A DNA stretch of 64,000 nucleotides from Monocercomonoides exilis PA203 (taxonomy: Eukaryota; Protista; Preaxostyla). The notes under the pieces were generated by a model. That model searched no databases and was not told the DNA's origin. It saw nothing but the letters and a program-made list of their open reading frames with translations. This document shows positions 60,801 to 64,000 of the stretch, one piece after another. The stretch is taken from assembly GCA_001643675.2 (NCBI GenBank), contig LSRY02000002.1, forward strand, positions 2,542,001 to 2,606,000. The letters run 5' to 3'. The translations under genes and the position numbers were made by a program. The first letter of the stretch is position 1, and every line of letters starts with the position of its first letter.

Positions 60801-62070
60801 TTCAATTCTCATTCTCAAAATGGAGTCATCTTTTTTCTCCACTTGACATTTTTTTATCCAACATCAATGACTACACTCCTCTTCTCTTGTTTGCAATTAT
60901 TTCTTGTTTTGCTAATGCAAAATATTATTGACACATCTTCTGAAGTGCCTTCTGACATAATCCTCATAAACATATTCATTCGGATGTGATTGCAAAGCTC
61001 GCTAAACGAGGATGTTAATATTTTGTGAAATTAATGTGGAACGCTGAAGCAGAAAACTGCAATCACTTGGAAGAAGAGAAAATAAAAATGAAGAAAAAGC
61101 TGGATGAAGACTTGATATTCTGTTCTGTGATCGCATGAATAGGCAATAATGTTTTGCAGCGGAACATCTGAAATTGAATTTGACTTGGATGCAGAGGGGC
61201 ATCAGAGGGGCTACCTGAAATGCAAATGATAGAGCAACCAAAACCCGTTGATTTCATATGATTGTTCAGAAATTGGGAATAAAAGAGTTATATGGAATAG
61301 CGAGAAGAAGATGAAAAACAACATTCAGAGTACCACATTTCAGACCAGGGCATATGAATTCTGTTTGGATTCAGTCGCTTGTGAATGTTCTTGTGCGGTA
61401 GAACGAATCAATTAATTCTTCTTGGAAAACTGAAGGACTGAAGGTAAAATTTGCAACTGATCACACGCTTGTTGCAGCTTCAAATCAAGGACACTATTAC
61501 ATCCTGATAAACGGGGGAAGGACAACAGCTCCTCTTACCATGCTGGAACGAAAGAAGAAAAAGATCTTCTTGTCAGCATCATCAATCGATCAAGGCACCT
61601 CGAAATCGATCAAGAAAGAAAAAAGATTGGCGAATCCTTCATTTCTATCATCATCCAAAAAGCAATAAAATTTCTCATAAAGATTGCAGCAAGCGCGAAG
61701 ATGAATAGAGTCAAAAGGTGCAGAGAAAGACTTGTGGGAGTGAAAACTCGGAAGGAAAGAAGGAAAATTTGGAGAGAAAGATAATGGGCTGATTCAAGAA
61801 TAATCCCAGCACATCTTGTCACTGAGCCTTCGCAAAAATACAGTCTATTTCCGCTGCTTGCGAAATATGTTTATGGGGTGAGTCAGATTTCGAGAAATTG
61901 GAGCAAACTCATCCACAACGTATTTCTTCGGTATGCAATGCAAAGTCTGAGTCTGCACTTCAAGATGACAGCGATGGAATGGATCATAAACCAGTTAACG
62001 TTGCGCATGCGACAAAGGATTTCTTCTTCAATGGAATCTGCAGCAGATAATTTCAGAGGAACGTAATCTA
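57900..62070 (+). pseudogene. Probable heavily decayed paralogue of the giant Cys-rich membrane-protein family
   Basis: About 4 kb of coding-like composition with no long ORF. Fragments such as NDGEEVLCGFDAP (60330-60370) echo the family's CG-x-PC module. Hydrophobic remnant near 60850-61150. Boundaries approximate. Confidence 0.4.
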
Positions 62071-63179
62071 ACAGGACATATCTTGATTCGCTATATGAAT
62101 ATTAAGTTCTTCCAATAAATGTGGCAGTCATTGCTTCTTGTATTCCACTTCATCCTGGAAACCTTCTCTAGATAATTAAAAAATAAATCTGTAGAATCTG
62201 CGTAAAAAATCGTATCAATGGTAATTCAACCAAATTAAAGGAAGGAATAACTTTTAGCAAATCATCATTCTTTCTAAAGAAATTGAAAGAATAATGACAA
62301 ACTTGCATATTTCTTGTATATCTCATTCTCTAATTTCCTTCGCAATATTCCTCATCAAATATTTATTCTCATGATTGCAATTTGTAATGATAATAAAAAT
62401 AATTTAACAAAATAACTCACAAATGTGCTTACGCTTTTTTTTTTTTTTTAAAGAAATATTTTTGCAAAGTTTTGAGCCGAGAAACTTAATTATTGGAATT
62501 TATCTTCAAAGATTTTCTGTACATCAGACTTTTCTTGATTCTTTGATCAATTTTTGCATCTCCAACATTTCACACTGCTCTTCTTGCTTTTGTTGATTGC
62601 TGTTCGTTTTCATGTTTAAAATTTTGTCAACGTATATGCCTAGTAAGTTTTGAGGATTTTTTGATTTTCAATTCGTTCATCTTTAACAAAACCACAACAT
62701 TTTTGAAACAAATGAAAGAAACATTAATTTACTAAGTATTCCAACTTGTACGATTTCGTTTGTTCTTGATTTCAGCTTCATCACCTTCAATTTGTACGAT
62801 CAATTCTTTCTCGTTAATAATTTGGTTTCTTTCTTGTTTTCCACTTATGTTCTATCAATTTCGTTTCAATATCATAAATTAATCTAATTTTGAAAAGAAG
62901 AAAAAACATTCAATATAGATTCCGAATTGAAAAATGTGAAAATGAAAATTTTCTGTTGGTTTGATCGAAAAGAAATTAAACATTTTCTCTTCTGGCCTTA
63001 CATTGACGATACCGGTATTTTTGTTGCGATTTCTTTTGCGCCTCTTTTTCTTGAGCAAAAACAAAATAGTTTGTGTTGGAATTATTTTAATTTTGCGAGA
63101 TAATCAACGATGTTTACATCAATCGATTATTTTGTTTGCTGGTTGAATTCATCCGCTTTTTATGTGACCAGAATAAATA

Positions 63180-64000
63180 ATGAACACAATGAGTGAAGTT
63201 ATTCATGTTGAGGAGGTAGAAGAAGATGATAATGATGAAAGTAATGAGGAAGTTATAAAATCAGTTCTTACAGAGAATTTCACAAGTTTGCTTTTTTTCC
63301 TCTTAATAAATTTTTCAAAGCTTAAAATAATTTTGAACTTTTTGAAGAATTGTATGATGAACTTGAGCATTGCAATGACGATGCGCAAAAAGAGAAAATA
63401 CTTGAAATGAACGAGACAACGGAATATATGAATGAAAAAGAATTCAAACATATTATCACGAAAAAATTGTTCAATAACATAGATAAAATGATTGAAGAAA
63501 AGAACCTTCCAATGGAAAATGCAATTTTGTTGTTGAAAAGTGCTGGATGTTGCAAAGCGTTGAAAAACATTACAGATTTAGCATTTAATGAATCATTATT
63601 GGGAAAAAGAATTAAAAAAATGATTTTTGAAGAAAAGAAGAAAGAAGAAGAAATGAATGAAAAGTTCTTGACCGATCTTTGCGAATGTTTTGCTTTGCTG
63701 GATGAAGGATTCATTACATTCGAATTGCATTTTATTTGTGTGCCTTGCCTTTTGAAGGCTGCATCCGACAAAGAAGAAACCGAGGAAGTTCAAAAAGATG
63801 TGGAAATGGCTTTGCTAGCTTTGTGTTGTATTGAAGAAAATCAAGTATGAGCATTAATATTTCCTTTTTGATGCTTTTGAATTATTCACTCATTTTTTGA
63901 TTAGGGTATTGGTGAAGAACAATTTCTGAATGAAATCAAAGAAATTATTCGCCATCATCAGAAGCATCGCAACCTAACCCAGCTTGCTTATCAATCTGCG
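63180..64000 (+). CDS. Member of an expanded oxymonad helical-repeat hypothetical family; truncated by the window end
   Basis: Exons 63180-63285, 63348-63844 and 63905 onward. FTKLYDELEHC..QKEKILEMNE, LFNNIDKMIEEK, LTDLCEC, ICVPCLLKAA, EMALLAL, LNEIKEIIRHHQKHRNLTQLAYQSA. I recall these motifs from a very large Monocercomonoides family. Confidence 0.8.

Overview
AT-rich eukaryotic genomic DNA with short GT-AG introns and the standard genetic code. Gene style and two expanded gene families point to the amitochondriate oxymonad Monocercomonoides (inference from recognition, not a database search). The first ~31 kb is a compact housekeeping block: a Ser-rich hypothetical protein, an atypical uracil-DNA glycosylase, Sec24 (14 exons), Elongin C (4 tiny exons, missed by the ORF track), an SNRNP27-like RS protein, an M16A insulinase, a helical-repeat family gene, ThrRS, two hypotheticals (one with PAM2 motifs) and RidA. 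The second half is accessory-like. It holds two convergent intronless giant Cys-rich beta-helix-type membrane proteins (one with a degenerate kinase tail), a ~500 bp compound microsatellite, a ~1.1 kb fold-back containing copies of a ~265 bp MITE-like element also found at 23.9 kb, a Pho80-like cyclin, a divergent importin alpha, a probable decayed receptor pseudogene and a truncated helical-repeat family gene. No CRISPR, rRNA, tRNA or transposase was seen. Best leads: the atypical UDG, the receptor/pseudokinase pair, the MITE/fold-back family and an 88-bp perfect hairpin at 25.7-26.0 kb.
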